Shown here: piece by piece, positions 37,919 through 48,672 of the stretch
How positions within the stretch are numbered: position 1 is the stretch's first letter
Layout: the number at the start of each line of letters is the position of its first letter
Assembly: GCA_963745235.1 (NCBI GenBank)
Contig: CAVUXE010000010.1
Span: 32,001-96,000 of the forward strand
DNA from: an uncultured Spirochaetota bacterium
GTDB taxonomy: Bacteria; Spirochaetota; Spirochaetia; SZUA-6; Fen-1364
Length of the DNA: 64,000 nt
Direction of reading: 5' to 3'
The notes under the pieces: model-generated
What the model was told of the DNA's origin: nothing
The model's database searches: none
The model's input: only the letters and a program-made list of their open reading frames with translations
Position numbers and translations under genes: made by a program

Positions 37919-40340
37919 ATGACTGGCTATCCGTTCAGCGACATCGAGAAGAAGTGGCAGGCATACTGGGAGAAAGACAAGACCTTCCGAGCGGCGGAAG
38001 ACCCGAAGGTGCCGCAGGAGAAGAGGAAGTACGTCCTGGACATGTTCCCCTACCCTTCGGCTGCCGGGCCTTCACGTGGGGCACCCCGAGGGGTACATCG
38101 CCACCGACATCTACTGCCGCTACCTGCGCATGAAGGGATTCAACGTGCTGCATCCGATGGGCTTCGATTCCTTCGGCCTTCCCGCGGAGAACTATGCCCT
38201 CAAGACGGGGACCCACCCCCGGGTCTCCACGGAGCAGAACATCGCGCGCTTCACGTCCCAGATCAAGTCTCTGGGCTTTTCGTACGACTGGGACCGGCTG
38301 ATCTCCACCTCCGAGCCGCACTACTACCGCTGGACGCAGTGGATATTCCTGAAGATGTGGGAAAAGGGCCTGGCATACGAAGCGGAGGTTCCCATCAACT
38401 GGTGCCCATCCTGCATGACAGGACTTGCCAACGAGGAAGTCAAGGACGGGCTGTGCGACCGCTGCGGAACTCCCGTCACCCGGCGCAATCTCCGCCAGTG
38501 GATCATGAAGATCACCGCGTACGCGGAAAGGCTCCTGGCGGACCTCGACAAGCTCCAGTGGTCTGAGTCTTTGAAGCTCATGCAGAAGAACTGGATCGGC
38601 CGGAGCGAAGGCGCGAACGTCCGTTTTGCCCTGGCGAAGGGCGGGGGGGACATAGAAGTCTACACGACCCGGCCCGACACGCTGTATGGAGCCACCTACA
38701 TGGTGCTCGCCCCCGAGCATCCCCTGGTGGCCCGGATCACAACGCGCGCGCAGAAGGGCGCCGTGGAGGAGTACATCGCGGCCGCCGCAATGAAGAGCGA
38801 CCTGGAGCGCACGGAGCTTGCCAAAGACAAGACAGGCGTCTTCACCGGCGCTTTCGCAGTGAACCCGGTGAATGGACAAGAGATCCCGGTATGGATCTCT
38901 GACTACATCCTGATCTCCTACGGCACCGGGGCAATCATGGCCGTTCCCGGGCATGATGAGCGGGACTTCGAGTTCGCGAAGAAGTTCGACCTTCCCGTCA
39001 TCCAGGTCGTCTCGAAAGACGGGTCCAGGTATGAGCTGACGCGCGCCGAGCCCATGGACGGGGTTGCCGTCAATTCCGGGGAGTTCAACGGGCTTCCCAC
39101 CGCGGAGTTCAAGAAGCGCATCGTGGAGTGGCTGCAGAAGAAAGGAATCGGCAGCAGCGCCGTCAACTACAAGCTGCGGGACTGGATATTCTCCCGCCAG
39201 CGGTACTGGGGAGAGCCCATCCCCCTGGTCCACTGTCCGCGGGACGGCACCGTGGCGGTCCCCTACGACCAGTTGCCGCTGAAGCTTCCCGAGGTGGCAA
39301 GCTACAAGCCGACCGGCACCGGTGAAAGCCCGCTTGCAGCCATTCCCGAGTGGGTGAACACGACCTGCCCGAAATGCGGAGGGCCCGCAAAGAGGGAAAC
39401 CAACACGATGCCCCAGTGGGCGGGGTCCTGCTGGTACTACATGCGCTACCTGGACCCGCATAACGACACGGTCTTCGCCTCGCGGGAGAAGATCGACTAC
39501 TGGATGCCCGTTGACCTGTACGTGGGAGGCGCGGAGCATGCGGTGCTGCACCTCCTGTACTCGCGGTTCTGGCACAAGTTCCTCTTCGACATCGGCGCAG
39601 TCAATACGGATGAGCCGTTCATGCGCCTGATCAACCAGGGCATGATCCTCGGCGAAGGCGGGGTGAAGATGTCCAAGAGCCTCGGGAACGTCATCAACCC
39701 GGACGACATCATCACCGCCTTCGGCGCGGACACCATGCGCATGTACGAGATGTTCATGGGGCCCCTGGAGGTGTCCAAGCCATGGTCCACGCGCGGGATC
39801 GCCGGGGTGAAACGCTTCCTGGAAAAGATCTGGCGCACGGCGGAGCTTCCCCTGAGGGATGACGAGCCGTCTGAGCCGCAGCTGCGCCTCCTGATGAAGA
39901 CCATCAAGAAGGTGAGCCAGGATACGGACAGGCTGGAGTTCAACACGGCAATTGCCCAGATGATGATATTCATGAACGAGGTCTCCGGTCTGGAAACGAT
40001 GCCTCGCAAGCTCTGGCGGCCTTTCCTCCTCTTGCTGGCGCCCTACGCACCGCACCTGGCGGAGGAGCTGTGGGAAAAAGCCGGTGGCGCACCTTCAGTG
40101 AGCCGCCACGCGTGGCCCGAGTGGGTGGAGGCGCTCACTGTCGAAGAGCTCGTGGAAGTGGTGTTCCAGATCAACGGAAAGATCCGGGCAAAAGAGAGCC
40201 TCCCCGCCGGTCTCGGAGATGCGGAGACTCGGGAGAAGGCGCTTGGCAACGCCCGGATGAAGGAGCTCCTGGACGGGAAAGAGATCCGCAAGGTCATCGT
40301 GGTGCCCGGCAAGCTGGTGAACGTCGTTGCCTCAGTCTGA
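37919..40340 (+). CDS. leuS: Leucine--tRNA ligase, frameshift near 38068
   Basis: MFPYPS, HVGH (HIGH motif), [27 protein letters not shown]. Confidence 0.96.
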
Positions 40341-41472
40341 TGAGCGCAGGCGGGCGCTGAAAGAGAGACAGGAGCGGCTTTCCGCCTGGCTCGCGGAGTC
40401 CGGGATCTTCGCGTGCGTCATAGACGACTTCGAGGGGCTGCGCGCAAGCTCGCTGCGCTGGTTGTCCGGCCATCCCATGGACGCAATTCTGTTCGTCTTT
40501 GCCAGCGGCAAGACAGTGCTGGTTCCCTGGGACCTGAACCTTGCGCGGGAGATGAGCGTCGTGGACCAGATCATCCCGTACACGGATTTCAAGCGCTCTT
40601 TCCGGGAAGCGATAGTCGCAGTCCTGGCGCAGGGGGGCGGGGCAAAGATCGAGTTCTCGAGCCACACCACGTTCCTGCGCCACCGCCAGCTGCTGGAAGA
40701 CCTGCCGCAGGCGGAGGTGTTGGTGCGGTCGGACGGCTGTGACGCGCGCCTGGGTTCCCTGCGCGCGGTCAAGGATGCGGAGGAAATGAAGGCAATCGAG
40801 CGGGCGGCCCGAATCACCGACGAGATTGCCGGCCTGGCGGTGGACCTTCTCCGCGGATCTCATTCGGGCGGCGGTCCGACAGAGATCGACATGGCGCTGC
40901 TCCTGGAGAAAGAGGCCGTCTCGCGGGGAGCCGAAGGAATGGGATTCGAGACGCTTGCGGCCGGGCCGAAGAGGAGCTGGGGAATCCACCCCTTCCCTGC
41001 CTCGACAAGCGGGGCTTTCGGAGGAACGGGGCTTTCGATCCTCGATTTCGGTGTCAGGGTGGACGGCTACACGAGCGATGTCACGATCACCATAGCCCGG
41101 GGGAAGCTGTCCGAAGAGCAGGAGACCATGATACGCCTCGTGGAGCAGGCGTACGCCGTGGCACTGGAGGCAGCCCAGCCGGGCGGCTCGCCGCGGGAGC
41201 CCGCGCGAAAGGCTGACGAGGTGTTTTCAGCCGCGGGGTGGAGGATGCCCCATGCCCTCGGTCACGGGATCGGGCTCGATGCGCATGAGAAGCCCCTTCT
41301 CCACGTCCAGGGCAGCGGATCGGATGCGGGGCTGGCTCCGGGTACGGTCTTTACCATCGAGCCCGGGCTCTATCACCCCGAGCACGGCGGTGTGCGCTGG
41401 GAAAACGACGTCCTCATGACGGAGACAGGACCGAAGGTCCTGACGAGCTCGAAGATCATCCGCCTCAGCTGA
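40327..41472 (+). CDS. Xaa-Pro peptidase (M24 family)
   Basis: [37 protein letters not shown]. Confidence 0.9.
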   Translation: MPQSDERRRALKERQERLSAWLAESGIFACVIDDFEGLRASSLRWLSGHPMDAILFVFASGKTVLVPWDLNLAREMSVVDQIIPYTDFKRSFREAIVAVLAQGGGAKIEFSSHTTFLRHRQLLEDLPQAEVLVRSDGCDARLGSLRAVKDAEEMKAIERAARITDEIAGLAVDLLRGSHSGGGPTEIDMALLLEKEAVSRGAEGMGFETLAAGPKRSWGIHPFPASTSGAFGGTGLSILDFGVRVDGYTSDVTITIARGKLSEEQETMIRLVEQAYAVALEAAQPGGSPREPARKADEVFSAAGWRMPHALGHGIGLDAHEKPLLHVQGSGSDAGLAPGTVFTIEPGLYHPEHGGVRWENDVLMTETGPKVLTSSKIIRLS

Positions 41473-41475
41473 ACG

Positions 41476-42246
41476 CTAGGGGCGTCGTCTGCGGGCAGGC
41501 CCCTGGGCAGGCCGCAGGGCCGGCCGCCGAATGGGCCGCTCCCCTCGGTCCCCCGCATCCCGAAGCATGAGGAGCATCCGCCGGTGAGCCAGGTCGCGAA
41601 GGGCGGCAGCGTCGTGGCGCGCAGGGATCGGCTCTCCCGCCACAACGCGCACTGTTCCCGGCCTGACCGTCCACCTGCTGATCCGCATCACGGAAAACGC
41701 GCCGGCCATGACAACGGGAACGATCTCCGCACCGCTGCGCTCCGCAATCCGAAACGCGCCCCGGCCAAAGCCGCCGAGTGTGCCCGTTCGCGTGCGGTGG
41801 CCTTCCGGCAGGACCAGGACGGAGATGCCGGCATGCAGGGCCTTGTCTGCCTTGCGCAGACCGGCCGCGGTCCGCGCGCCGCTGCCGGGGCTGACGGAAA
41901 TGTTGCCAAACGTGCGGATGAACCAGCCGTAGACTGGCCAGGAGAAGTGCCTCTCCAGCTCCACCGCCCGAAAAAGCCACGGAAGGTAGCCGTACAGCAC
42001 GAAGCCGTCCAGGATGTTCACGTGGTTCGCAATGAACAGGTAGCTTTTCTTTCTGTCCAACCGCTCCAGGCCGGACACCTCTACGCGGATGGGGAAGCAG
42101 CGGACAAGGATCCTGCACAGCAGCTTCAGAACACCATCGTAGCTTCGCGGGGAGGCGGCACCGGCGAGGACCAGGAGGACGAGCGCCATGAATGAGAACA
42201 CGGCCACGGCAGCAATCCAGGACAGGACGCTGACGGCAAGGATCAC
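41476..42246 (-). CDS. 1-acyl-sn-glycerol-3-phosphate acyltransferase (PlsC family)
   Basis: ANHVNILD, PEGHRT, IVPV. Confidence 0.88.
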   Translation of the reverse strand: MILAVSVLSWIAAVAVFSFMALVLLVLAGAASPRSYDGVLKLLCRILVRCFPIRVEVSGLERLDRKKSYLFIANHVNILDGFVLYGYLPWLFRAVELERHFSWPVYGWFIRTFGNISVSPGSGARTAAGLRKADKALHAGISVLVLPEGHRTRTGTLGGFGRGAFRIAERSGAEIVPVVMAGAFSVMRISRWTVRPGTVRVVAGEPIPARHDAAALRDLAHRRMLLMLRDAGDRGERPIRRPALRPAQGPARRRRP

Positions 42247-43124
42247 AGGGTGAACATCTCCAGCGCGCGGGGCAGCACCTCCACGGTGAGCGGCGTGGTG
42301 CCCAGGATCTCACCGTCAGGGGTCACGCGCTGCGGCGGATCGAACTCGAGCTCCAGGCGTGAGCACGTGAATGTCTCCAGGTGGGGATCCTTCAGGTGCT
42401 CACCGGTGAAAATGAGGGGGAAGAGCCGCAGCAGGGTGCGGCGGTTCATGGCCCTGGCAATGACGACATCGAAAACGCCGTCGTCGAGGATAGCCTGGGG
42501 AGCCATGATCATGTCCCCGCCCGTCTTGCGGGAGTTGCACACCTCGACGAAGATTGCCTCCCGTTCGAGCTCCCTCCCGTCAACCCTCATGCGGCACGGC
42601 CGCGAGCGCAGGAGCGCGAGCTCCAGGAAGACGCCGATGGTGTAGCTGACATCTCCGAAGAGCTTGAACGAAGAGGCGCGGGCGGCAACGTCCGCCACGA
42701 ACCCGGCCCCCACGAGGTTCGCGAAATAGAACTCCCCGGCACTGGACCTCATCCTGCCGATGTCCACCGCGCGGGTGGTCCCTTTCAGGAGAGCCGCCAG
42801 ACCGTCCTCCGTCGACTGGATCCCCAGGTCCTTGATGAACGAGTTGCCGGTGCCGATGGGCACCTGCGCAACGGGAATCATCTTCCCGCCTCTCTGCATG
42901 CCGTTCAGGGCCTCGAAGAGAGTGCCATCCCCTCCCACCAGGACAAGCCCGGAGACCCCGTCTTGGACCGCCTGGGAAGCGATCTGCACGGCCTGTCCAG
43001 GCCAACCGGACACCGCTGTGCGGTGCTGGACTCCGCGCATCGCAAGCGCGTCTTCTACCCGCTTCAGGACGTGCGCGCCGCGCCCTCGACCCGCGTGCGG
43101 GTTGGCAATTACCATGAGGCTCAT
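42243..43124 (-). CDS. Diacylglycerol/lipid kinase family (YegS/BmrU)
   Basis: NPHAG, GGDGT, PIGTGNSF, DGE. Confidence 0.9.
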   Translation of the reverse strand: MSLMVIANPHAGRGRGAHVLKRVEDALAMRGVQHRTAVSGWPGQAVQIASQAVQDGVSGLVLVGGDGTLFEALNGMQRGGKMIPVAQVPIGTGNSFIKDLGIQSTEDGLAALLKGTTRAVDIGRMRSSAGEFYFANLVGAGFVADVAARASSFKLFGDVSYTIGVFLELALLRSRPCRMRVDGRELEREAIFVEVCNSRKTGGDMIMAPQAILDDGVFDVVIARAMNRRTLLRLFPLIFTGEHLKDPHLETFTCSRLELEFDPPQRVTPDGEILGTTPLTVEVLPRALEMFTL

Positions 43125-43178
43125 CTATGCGCCCTCGGACGAACATACCACCAACTCCGCCGGCGAGCCAGCACGCGT

Positions 43179-44369
43179 TCAGGAGCTCTTCGGCCCCCTC
43201 CCCATGTCGACCTCCGGGTACAGACGCGCGATGCACTGATCGCACAGGCCGTGGCTGAAGCGGAGGCCGGTGTGCGCTTCCACGTAGTCGTCGAGGTCCT
43301 GCCAGGCGCCGGCTTCGTCACGCACTTTCTTGCAGCTGGCGCACATGGGAAGCAGCGCGGACACCGAGTCGCGTACTGTCAGGAGGTGGCCGGCCCCAAG
43401 GCCTTTCCCCAGCGAGGTGATCACGCAATCAAGGGCGCCGGAAGGAAGATTCAGCTGCGTCCTGGCAACCGCGGCGCCGACTCTCTCTCCCGGAATGATG
43501 TCATACAGCGTCCTGAGCACCTCTCCGACGGGACGGCCAATGGCGGTCGCATCGATACGCAGCATGGCCTGTGCCGCGGCGTTGAGATCGACGATCCGGT
43601 TCACGGAATCCAGCACAATGAGCCCTTCGGACATGCTTTCCACGAGGTCCGCGCGGGCGACCGGCACGATGTCGAAGAGCCGGAACTTCGCCATGCCCAC
43701 GAGCAGGAGACCCCCCGCGACTGCAAAGCCGATCGAGGGGAAGTCCAGGCCCGGGAAGGGGTTCGCGGGTGACAGGTAGACAGCCGTCCCGATCCACGGA
43801 AGGGCTGCGCCGGCGAGGAAGACGAGGGTCTGGCGCAGGAAGAAAGGCTTGCACCCGAGGGCGGATTGCACGAGGACAGCCGTCCCGGCGCACGTGGCTG
43901 CCGCCGCGTAGAACACCCACACCCAGTACCACGGACCGTGGCCGTAGAGGAGAAGGTTGCCCGAACCCTGCTGTGCAGACGTGAAGGCCGTCCATATGAG
44001 GTGGTGCCACTCGTTCGTGAGGGCAAGGACGAGAGTCACCACGGGCAGCAGCCAGACAAGGACGGTCAGGAGAGGCGTGAGGATGTGGCGCTTTCCTCCA
44101 TACGAGAATGCAAATGACATGAACAGCGGCGCCACGGAGCAGATTCCCAGGTACCCGATCTTGGAAAAGAGGACCTTGGCCGGCACTCCCACGGCGGCCG
44201 CCTCCAGGCCAGCTGCAAGGCACCAGGTGACGATGCTGATCATCATGGCCGCAAAGAAGCCCCCGCCCGGCGATCTGGATCGAAGGCGCCAGGCCTCGGC
44301 GGCCGTGACCGAGGAGACCAGCGACGCGGTCAAGAGAGCCGCCGCCGCCGTTGTCCAGACGAAGGTCAT
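43179..44369 (-). CDS. HisKA_7TM-type membrane sensor + PAS + C-terminal Cys/His motif domain, no kinase
   Basis: Seven hydrophobic segments, SKIGYLG, TNEWHHL, PAS-like EGLIVLD..NRIVDLN, tail LPMCASCKKVRD...FSHGLCDQC. Confidence 0.8.
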   Translation of the reverse strand: MTFVWTTAAAALLTASLVSSVTAAEAWRLRSRSPGGGFFAAMMISIVTWCLAAGLEAAAVGVPAKVLFSKIGYLGICSVAPLFMSFAFSYGGKRHILTPLLTVLVWLLPVVTLVLALTNEWHHLIWTAFTSAQQGSGNLLLYGHGPWYWVWVFYAAAATCAGTAVLVQSALGCKPFFLRQTLVFLAGAALPWIGTAVYLSPANPFPGLDFPSIGFAVAGGLLLVGMAKFRLFDIVPVARADLVESMSEGLIVLDSVNRIVDLNAAAQAMLRIDATAIGRPVGEVLRTLYDIIPGERVGAAVARTQLNLPSGALDCVITSLGKGLGAGHLLTVRDSVSALLPMCASCKKVRDEAGAWQDLDDYVEAHTGLRFSHGLCDQCIARLYPEVDMGRGPKSS

Positions 44370-44878
44370 CTCGCTGCCCTCATGCGACTGTCCTCCCCCC
44401 GGAGCCTGCTGAGCTCCCGCTTCTCCCCGACGCCGAGGACCGCGCTCACATCCAGCAGGGCGACGAGCCTGTCGTCGATCTTGCCCACGCCCGTGACGAG
44501 CTCACGGGAAAGCCTTCCCAGAAGAAGCGGAGCCTGCTCGATCTGCTCTGCGGGGATGCGCACCACCTGGCTCGCGGAGTCCACGACCATGCCCAGGAGC
44601 TGACCCTCCACCTGGACGACGATCACGCGGGTCATTGCCGTGGCGTCCTGCGCCTGCAGGCCGAACCGCTCTCTCAAGTCGATGATCGGGATGACATCCC
44701 CCCGCAGGTTGATGATGCCCCTGATGAAGGAGGGCGCCCGCGGCAGCCAGGTGATCTCCCTGACCCTGATGACCTCCCTTACTCGCAGGAGCTCCAGCCC
44801 GTATTCTTCCTCTGCAACGGTGAAGCTGATGAACTGCCGCAGCTCGCTTTCTCCCCGACGTTCTTTCACAGATTCCAT
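44366..44878 (-). CDS. cheW: Chemotaxis coupling protein CheW
   Basis: EEYGL, VREV, GIINLRGDVIPIIDL, GMVVDS. Confidence 0.93.
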   Translation of the reverse strand: MESVKERRGESELRQFISFTVAEEEYGLELLRVREVIRVREITWLPRAPSFIRGIINLRGDVIPIIDLRERFGLQAQDATAMTRVIVVQVEGQLLGMVVDSASQVVRIPAEQIEQAPLLLGRLSRELVTGVGKIDDRLVALLDVSAVLGVGEKRELSRLRGEDSRMRAAR

Positions 44879-44924
44879 TGTCTCCTCCTTGGTGCCTCTC
44901 CGGCGCTCATCCTTCAGCCGCGGA

Positions 44925-45998
44925 CTACTCCTGGATCAGCCAGGTTGACGCCGGCGCGCTGAGGAAAATATCAACGATGTGCCGATCGAACTGCTTTCCT
45001 GCAAGGCCCTCGATCTCCTCCAGGGCGGAGTCAAGCGTGAGCGGCCTGCGATACGGGCGCCGCGAGGTCATTGCATCCATGGTGTCGAGGATGGTGAATA
45101 TCCTGGCATTCACCGGGATTTCCGTTCCCCGCAAGCCGTGGGGATAGCCCTGGCCGTCGAACCTTTCGTGATGGGACAGAACGACATCCGTCGCATGGGA
45201 AAGGAACTCGATGTTCTGCAGCATCGTGAGGCCCATGAGCGGGTGCTTCTCCATGATTCTCCGCTCCTCGGGCGTGAGACCCCCCGTTTTCAACAGAATG
45301 GCCTCGGGAATGCCGATCTTGCCGACGTCGTGGAGGCAGGCTCCCCACCTGAGGTCGCGAAGCTCGAGCTCCGGGAGCGAAAGCAGGGCTCCCAGGCGAA
45401 CGCTGTTCTGCGACACCCGGGCGCAGTGATCCGCGGTCTCGTGGTCCTTGAGATTGAGCGCGGCCCCCAGGGAGGCCACGGTGATGTCGCAGATTTCCTC
45501 CAGCCGGCGCGAGGACTGCGTGAGCTCCTCCGATTTGATGCGCGCCAGCGTATGCATGGCGCGGGCATAGCTCTGTACCTTCTCCCGCGCCTCCCATTCC
45601 TCCCGCGCCTTGTCGAACCTGCTGAGAAAGTCACCTACCGTGAAGGGCTTGGTGATGTAGTCCACGGCACCTGCCCGGATGGCCGTGACCGCTGTTTCTA
45701 TGTCGTCGCGACCGGTCATGACAATGGTGACAGGCCCTTCCGAGGCCCTGGCCCCCGTGATGGAGAGCCCGGACCCGTCGGGAAGGTTCACATCAATGAA
45801 GAGGATGTCGTAGCGCCTCTTCTCCATCAGCAGGCGGGCCTCTTTCAGGCTGCCGGCCACGTCGCACGCAGCGCCCCTGATCCTCAGCATGGCCGCAACG
45901 AGCGCCTGGATTTCCGGGTGGTCCTCCAGCAGCAGCACCGCGGGAGCCCGCGGCGCCACTGCAAAGCCGCTGTCAATTTCCAGACGATCCAGTTTCAT
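44925..45998 (-). CDS. Response regulator with HD-GYP phosphodiesterase (RpfG type)
   Basis: REC domain (LLEDH, DVNLPDG, KPF); ETADHCARV, HDVGKIG, HHERFDGQGYP. Confidence 0.92.
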   Translation of the reverse strand: MKLDRLEIDSGFAVAPRAPAVLLLEDHPEIQALVAAMLRIRGAACDVAGSLKEARLLMEKRRYDILFIDVNLPDGSGLSITGARASEGPVTIVMTGRDDIETAVTAIRAGAVDYITKPFTVGDFLSRFDKAREEWEAREKVQSYARAMHTLARIKSEELTQSSRRLEEICDITVASLGAALNLKDHETADHCARVSQNSVRLGALLSLPELELRDLRWGACLHDVGKIGIPEAILLKTGGLTPEERRIMEKHPLMGLTMLQNIEFLSHATDVVLSHHERFDGQGYPHGLRGTEIPVNARIFTILDTMDAMTSRRPYRRPLTLDSALEEIEGLAGKQFDRHIVDIFLSAPASTWLIQE

Positions 45999-46023
45999 GA
46001 GTTACGCCTCCGAGAACACGGCT

Positions 46024-48087
46024 TCATGCCACCACGGCCTGAGGCTCCGCCTCATCAGAGGGCACCGGAAGCGCCACGCTCTCCGTCCGAGCCTCTACCT
46101 TGAACTGCGCCACCAGCTTCTGCAGCTGCTGCGCCATCCCCGAAAGCTGCTCCGTGGAGGCCGACATCTCCTCCGCCGCCGACGCCGCCCCCTGCGTCAG
46201 CTCGTTCACGTTCTCCACCGCCGTGCTCACCTGCTTCGCGTTGGTCGCCTGCTCCTCCGTGGCCGCCGTGATGCTCTGGCTCATCTCGTTCACCCGCGTC
46301 AGCGCCTTCGCCAGCTCCTTCACCGCCTCCACCTGCTGCCCCATGCTCTGCGTCAGCCCTGCAACCGTCTGGTTCACCTGCTGCGAGGCCGCCCGTATCT
46401 GCTCCATGGCCAGCTGCGACCCCCGCGCCTTCTTCACCCCTTCCCCGACGCTCCGCGCGCTCTCCTTGATCAGCGCCTCGATCTCCTTCGTGGAGACGGA
46501 GCTCCTGTCCGCCAGCTTCGACACTTCCTCCGCCACCACCGCAAATCCCCGCCCGTGCTCTCCCGCGCGCGCCGCCTCGATGGAGGCGTTCAGCGCCAGG
46601 AGGTTCGTCTGCTCGGCGATCTCGGAGATCACCCCCACGATCCCGGCTATCTTTTCCGAGCTGGCCGCAATCAGGTTGATCCCGTCCACCACCTGCCCCA
46701 CCGCCTGCGCCCCCTCCTGGGAGCTTTCCACCGAGCGGCTGGCAAGCCCGGAGATCTCCGTCAGGCTCCGCGAGACAGCGTCGATTGACTCCTGCACTTT
46801 CTCCATGGAGGCCGTGCCCTGCTCCACCGCTTCCGCCTGGCTTTGAGCGCTGCCGCTGACCTGTTCCACGCTGGCGGACAGCTCCTCCATGGACGCGGAG
46901 GTTTCTTCGAGGGTCGAGGCCTGGCTCTGCGCCCCCTCGGAGAGGGACTGCGCGCTTCCGGAGATCTGCTCGCTGGAGGCAGCCACCTGCGCGGCGGTCT
47001 CCTGGATGGTTGCGACCATCGTCCGCAGCTTCAGGGAGGTTTCATCCAGGGCGACTCCCAGCACCCCGATCTCATCGCTCTTCTGGAGAAGACCTTCGTC
47101 CACCTTCTCCCTCAGGTCACCGCTGGCAACACTTTGCAGCAGGTTGACCATCTTCCCGATGGGAGACGATATGGACCTGGCGAAGAAGGAAAAGACGATC
47201 CCTCCGGCGGCCAACCCCGCGACCATGATCGCGAAAATGGAAAGCAGAAGGTCGCGATAGGCGACCTGGCTCTGGCTGACCTTCCTGGTTTCAGCCACCA
47301 CAGAGGCTATCAGGGGCTCCACCTTGTGGATCGCGTCCCGCATAGTCCCCTGGAGGCCGTCGTTTTCTGTGAGCCCGATCTCTTTCTGGAGGTCCAGGAA
47401 GGTCTGCATGGCCGCCTGGTATCTATCGATGTCGCCGGTGAGCGCTGAGCGGGTCGGCTCGGGAAGCCGGCCGGCCCCGCTTCGCAGGACCGCGGCCGCC
47501 TGGTTGACCTGGTCGATATATGTGGCGTCCGGGCGAATGAGGTAGTCCTTCTCCGAGCGGCGCATCGTGAGAAGGGCGATCGTCAAAGAGGGATTCCTGG
47601 TCCCTTCCAGGCGGCTTTCGATATCGCGGGCAGCCAAGCGCCAGTCACCCTCTGCTCCCCATTCCGCGAAGCCGAGCTTGCGGTATGCAGAGACGAGCTT
47701 CGCGAACGACTCGTTGTATCCGACAACGGCAGTCCGCAGGTCAGTGATTGTCTGGGGGTTCTTCACCTGGTGAAGCCGATCCAGTGAGTCGATGGCCGTC
47801 ATCAGGTTCTTTGTGGACTCGTCATGCTTTGCCAGATTGGTCCCGGTTCCATCCTTGAAGAACTGCTCTGTCCGTATGTCGCGAAGCTGGGAGTCCTTTT
47901 CGTTCCTCCTGGCCTGCAGCATCCAGAAATCGATGTCGTTCGCCGCTGAATGCGCCGTGCTGGCTCGATCGCTTCTCTGGTAGAAGTAGATGAGGCTGAA
48001 GACCCACGTCGCCCCGATGCACAGCGTGAGGAGCATGAAGATCCCCACCATCTTCTTGAAGATTGTCGCTCTCTTCTCAACGCCCAT
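46024..48087 (-). CDS. Methyl-accepting chemotaxis protein (helical periplasmic sensor, HAMP)
   Basis: Two TM segments, duplicated LQARRNEKD / LTMRRSEKD helices, [27 protein letters not shown]. Confidence 0.95.
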   Translation of the reverse strand: MGVEKRATIFKKMVGIFMLLTLCIGATWVFSLIYFYQRSDRASTAHSAANDIDFWMLQARRNEKDSQLRDIRTEQFFKDGTGTNLAKHDESTKNLMTAIDSLDRLHQVKNPQTITDLRTAVVGYNESFAKLVSAYRKLGFAEWGAEGDWRLAARDIESRLEGTRNPSLTIALLTMRRSEKDYLIRPDATYIDQVNQAAAVLRSGAGRLPEPTRSALTGDIDRYQAAMQTFLDLQKEIGLTENDGLQGTMRDAIHKVEPLIASVVAETRKVSQSQVAYRDLLLSIFAIMVAGLAAGGIVFSFFARSISSPIGKMVNLLQSVASGDLREKVDEGLLQKSDEIGVLGVALDETSLKLRTMVATIQETAAQVAASSEQISGSAQSLSEGAQSQASTLEETSASMEELSASVEQVSGSAQSQAEAVEQGTASMEKVQESIDAVSRSLTEISGLASRSVESSQEGAQAVGQVVDGINLIAASSEKIAGIVGVISEIAEQTNLLALNASIEAARAGEHGRGFAVVAEEVSKLADRSSVSTKEIEALIKESARSVGEGVKKARGSQLAMEQIRAASQQVNQTVAGLTQSMGQQVEAVKELAKALTRVNEMSQSITAATEEQATNAKQVSTAVENVNELTQGAASAAEEMSASTEQLSGMAQQLQKLVAQFKVEARTESVALPVPSDEAEPQAVVA

Positions 48088-48090
48088 TTG

Positions 48091-48525
48091 TTATTCCTCC
48101 TGGCGCGCCTGTGCGCGCGGAATTGTCACGTGTGCCCCAACGGGGCATCTGAGTGCGTACTGAACCGTCCCGAGGAGAGTTTCCCTGTCCACGGGCTTGG
48201 GCAGGCAGCCGAGCGCCCACCCGGCAGCCGGACAAAGGCACCGTCCCCGCGTCGAGCCGGTCATGATCACGAGGGGAGGCTTGTCCGAGACAGACGCCGC
48301 CTGTTGGAGAACTTCCCGTCCGGCTGGGCAGGGAAGGGCGAGATCCAGAAGAACGAGGCTGAAGGATCTCGACTCGAGCAGCTTCCACACGCCCCTCGTG
48401 TCCCCGCAGAGGGAGAGATTGGTGAGTCCCGCCGAATGCAGGGTTATGCGCAGGGAGATGAGGGTCTGGTCGTCATCGGCGCAGATCAGGATTGGATTTC
48501 CGGGGCCTGCCCGTAGCTCTTTCAT
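48091..48525 (-). CDS. Stand-alone receiver-domain protein (divergent)
   Basis: ADDD, VLLDLALP, IMTG, PKP. Confidence 0.65.
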   Translation of the reverse strand: MKELRAGPGNPILICADDDQTLISLRITLHSAGLTNLSLCGDTRGVWKLLESRSFSLVLLDLALPCPAGREVLQQAASVSDKPPLVIMTGSTRGRCLCPAAGWALGCLPKPVDRETLLGTVQYALRCPVGAHVTIPRAQARQEE

Positions 48526-48536
48526 GGACACGGCAA

Positions 48537-48552
48537 AGCAAGGGGCATGCCA
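48537..48552 (-). promoter_or_regulatory. sigma54 (-24/-12) promoter
   Basis: TGGCAT-GCCCC-TTGCT; an AT-rich tract at 48570-48603 lies upstream. Confidence 0.8.
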
Positions 48553-48672
48553 ATTCAGCGTATTCCAGCTAATTAATTATTGAATAAAGAATTACTACTA
48601 TTCTGCGCAAGTCACTCCCACGGAACATAAGGCATGTCGAAACCAGGCAAAGGGGAAAACGTGCAAAATGTC

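Noticed and set aside
37919-40340. Mass pseudogenisation or programmed frameshifting
   Set aside because: Essential leuS is affected, the genes are otherwise intact, and no shared slippery site is present. Sequencing error is the simpler explanation.
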